DNA of 37,752 nucleotides from Micrococcales bacterium (GTDB lineage Bacteria; Actinomycetota; Actinomycetes; Actinomycetales; WQXJ01): NCBI GenBank assembly GCA_009781225.1, contig WQYN01000002.1, positions 1 to 37,752 of the forward strand, read 5' to 3'. Shown piece by piece: positions 36,287 to 37,752 of this stretch (position 1 is its first letter; each line of letters starts with the position of its first letter). The notes under the pieces were generated by a model. It saw only the letters and a program-made list of their open reading frames with translations, ran no database searches and was not told where the DNA came from. The position numbers and the translations under genes were made by a program.

Positions 36287-37625
36287 GTGCGCCACGAGGC
36301 GCATGGTGGTATCCCTCGCGCAGCGGGGGCCGACTCGGAAGGAGGTCGGTGGGTCTGATGACTGACCGGAGGCCGAAAGGCTAGATGGGACCACAGCATG
36401 TCAGGAAACCAGTAGCCGTGCCCACGTGTCGGGGCGGCGTGCTGGGGGACCCGCGTGATATGGCGAAGGCCAGACTGCTTGAAGCTCAGTGTCCAGAAGG
36501 TGCAAGTCAATCGCCCGTCGGAAATCGACACGCGATGCCGACGGCGGCCCTGCCTGGTGGGCAGCAAAGACATCGGGCAACTTCCGGGGCTGGCAGCGTC
36601 GCCCAGTGAGGGCGATTAAGGACGCGGACGAGCCGCCTAAGTCATGCTCGATACGTATCACCATGACGAACGTGGGATCGCCTAAGGGGCGCGAGCCCTA
36701 GGGCGACGGAGGCCTGGTAGTAGTCGCCGGGGTCATGTCCGGCCAGGGAGGACAGGAAAGCTGTCCACAAGGCGAAGCAGGCCAGGTTGTAGGAAGACGA
36801 ACCGAAAGGACGGAGGTATGCGTAATGCAAAGCGCCGAGGTCGTATTGGAGGTCTTGCGTGAACGAGGCAGGCGTGGCCTGCCAGTAGAAGGACTGTACA
36901 GGCAGATGTACAACCCGTCGTTGTACCTGATGGCGTGGGGCAAGCTCTACTCCAACAAGGGGGCGATGGCCCCTGGTGCCGACGGGTCGACCGCTGATGG
37001 CATGTCGTTTGACGTGGTCAGCAAGATCATCGAAGCGATGCGGTATCAGCGATACCGTTTCGCTGCGGTACGTCGAGTGTGGATCCCAAAGAAGAAGGGG
37101 GGTAAACGTCCGTTGGGCGTGCCCACCTGGACAGACAAGCTGGTTGGGGAGGTGGTACGCATGCTGTTGGAGGCGTACTACGAACCACAGTTTTCTGACC
37201 ACTCTCACGGGTTCCGCCCCAACAGGGGATGTCAGACCGCGCTACGGCAGATTGTCCGCACGTGGAAGGCAACCACCTGGTTCATCGAAGCAGACATCCA
37301 CAACTGCTTCGGGGCACTCGATCAGGATGTCATGGTCTCGATCCTGGCTGAACGCATCCACGACGCCCGGTTCCTAGAACTGGTCGACCGGATGCTCAAA
37401 GCCGGGTACCTCGAAGACTGGACATGGCAGCCCACGCTCAGCGGTACGCCGCAAGGCGGGGTCGCTAGCCCGATCTTGTCGAACATCTACCTGGACAAAC
37501 TCGACAGGTACGTCCAGGACGAACTGATCCCCCAGTACACCCAAGGAGACCTCAGGGCCACCAACAAGGAGTACCAGAGGATCAAGAATCGGCTGGTCAA
37601 AGCCCGTAAGGACGGCGACCAGCCA
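36287..37625 (+). mobile_element. group II intron, 5' fragment (ribozyme domains I to IVa plus the N-terminal part of the intron-encoded RT); 3' part missing
   Basis: It starts with gtgcg (GUGYG consensus; gtgtg at 36285 is an alternative). About 540 nt of stop-rich, structured-looking non-coding sequence follows, then an RT ORF with a GGAGG RBS. RT similarity stops near 37625, before the YADD motif. No domain V/VI was seen. Confidence 0.8.
36825..37625 (+). pseudogene. group II intron reverse transcriptase/maturase, N-terminal ~267 aa only (RT0 to RT4; lacks the RT5 YADD, thumb/X and En domains)
   Basis: My own translation gives MQSAEVVLEVLRERGRRGLPVEGLYRQMYNPSLYLMAWGKLYSNKGAMAPGADGSTADGMS...RPLGVPTWTDKLVGEVVRMLLEAYYEPQFSDHSHGFRPNRGCQTAL...WFIEADIHNCFGALD...LSGTPQGGVASPILSNIYLDKLD...KARKDGDQ. 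The frame then stays open to the window end, which is why it is absent from the ORF track, but it turns into Gly/Val-rich non-RT sequence. Confidence 0.75.
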
Positions 37626-37752
37626 CAGGTGTTACCGGTCGCGTTGTTTGACGGTGTTGGCGTCGTTGGTTTTGACGGTGTGGGCGTGTTGAGGGGGGGG
37701 TTTGGGGGGCTGGTGGTGGTTGTGGTGCCGGGGTGGTTGTCGTTGGGGGTGA

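Noticed and set aside
36642-37208. 188-aa minus-strand ORF and 133-aa + strand ORF (36976..37377) in the intron region
   Set aside because: They are antisense to, or out of frame with, the clearly recognisable RT reading frame (36825 onward), which the track omitted because it has no in-window stop.
37632-37752. Minus-strand frame entering from the window edge and ending at TAA (…HPQRQPPRHHNHHQPPKPPPQHAHTVKTNDANTVKQRDR*)
   Set aside because: Only 40 codons are visible, the composition is low-complexity, and nothing is recognisable. I cannot tell a real C-terminus from chance in G/T-rich DNA.

Overview
High-GC Actinomycetota chromosomal segment. Sampled 60-nt lines give about 75% G+C in smc and 53-58% in the accessory genes. 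Gene content suggests an Actinomycetaceae-like organism, but that is inference only. The housekeeping backbone lies almost entirely on the + strand: ileS (5' end outside the window), folC, smc, manA, ftsY, ung, a DUF3263 gene, a LytR_C gene, groEL2 with two CIRCE operators, and ilvB-ilvN-ilvC-leuB-ilvE. The ilv block is preceded by an apparently leaderless Ile/Leu/Val-rich leader peptide and a U-tract terminator, i.e. a candidate attenuator. Lower-GC accessory cargo is interspersed. It comprises (i) a GlpP-like antiterminator next to a 1648-aa secreted protein whose N-terminal part looks like an aerolysin/ETX-MTX2-type beta-pore-forming module fused to many Ig-like domains; (ii) a secreted metallophosphoesterase; (iii) a LuxR-type two-component system convergent with an orphan WXG100 (ESAT-6-like) gene; (iv) an OmpR-type two-component system downstream of a 764-aa secreted beta-sandwich protein; and (v) a 5' fragment of a group II intron, whose RT ORF is absent from the supplied track because it runs off the window. 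The intron fragment begins about one nucleotide 3' of a 19-bp inverted repeat. All three large secreted proteins lack LPXTG or a C-terminal TM segment and end in unusually lysine-rich Ig-like modules. The window also has many short tandem duplications, three of which straddle stop codons (ung, ilvE, the giant protein). No tRNA, rRNA or CRISPR array was seen. All coordinates for motifs and repeats were counted by hand and may be off by 1-2 nt. No searches or folding calculations were run.
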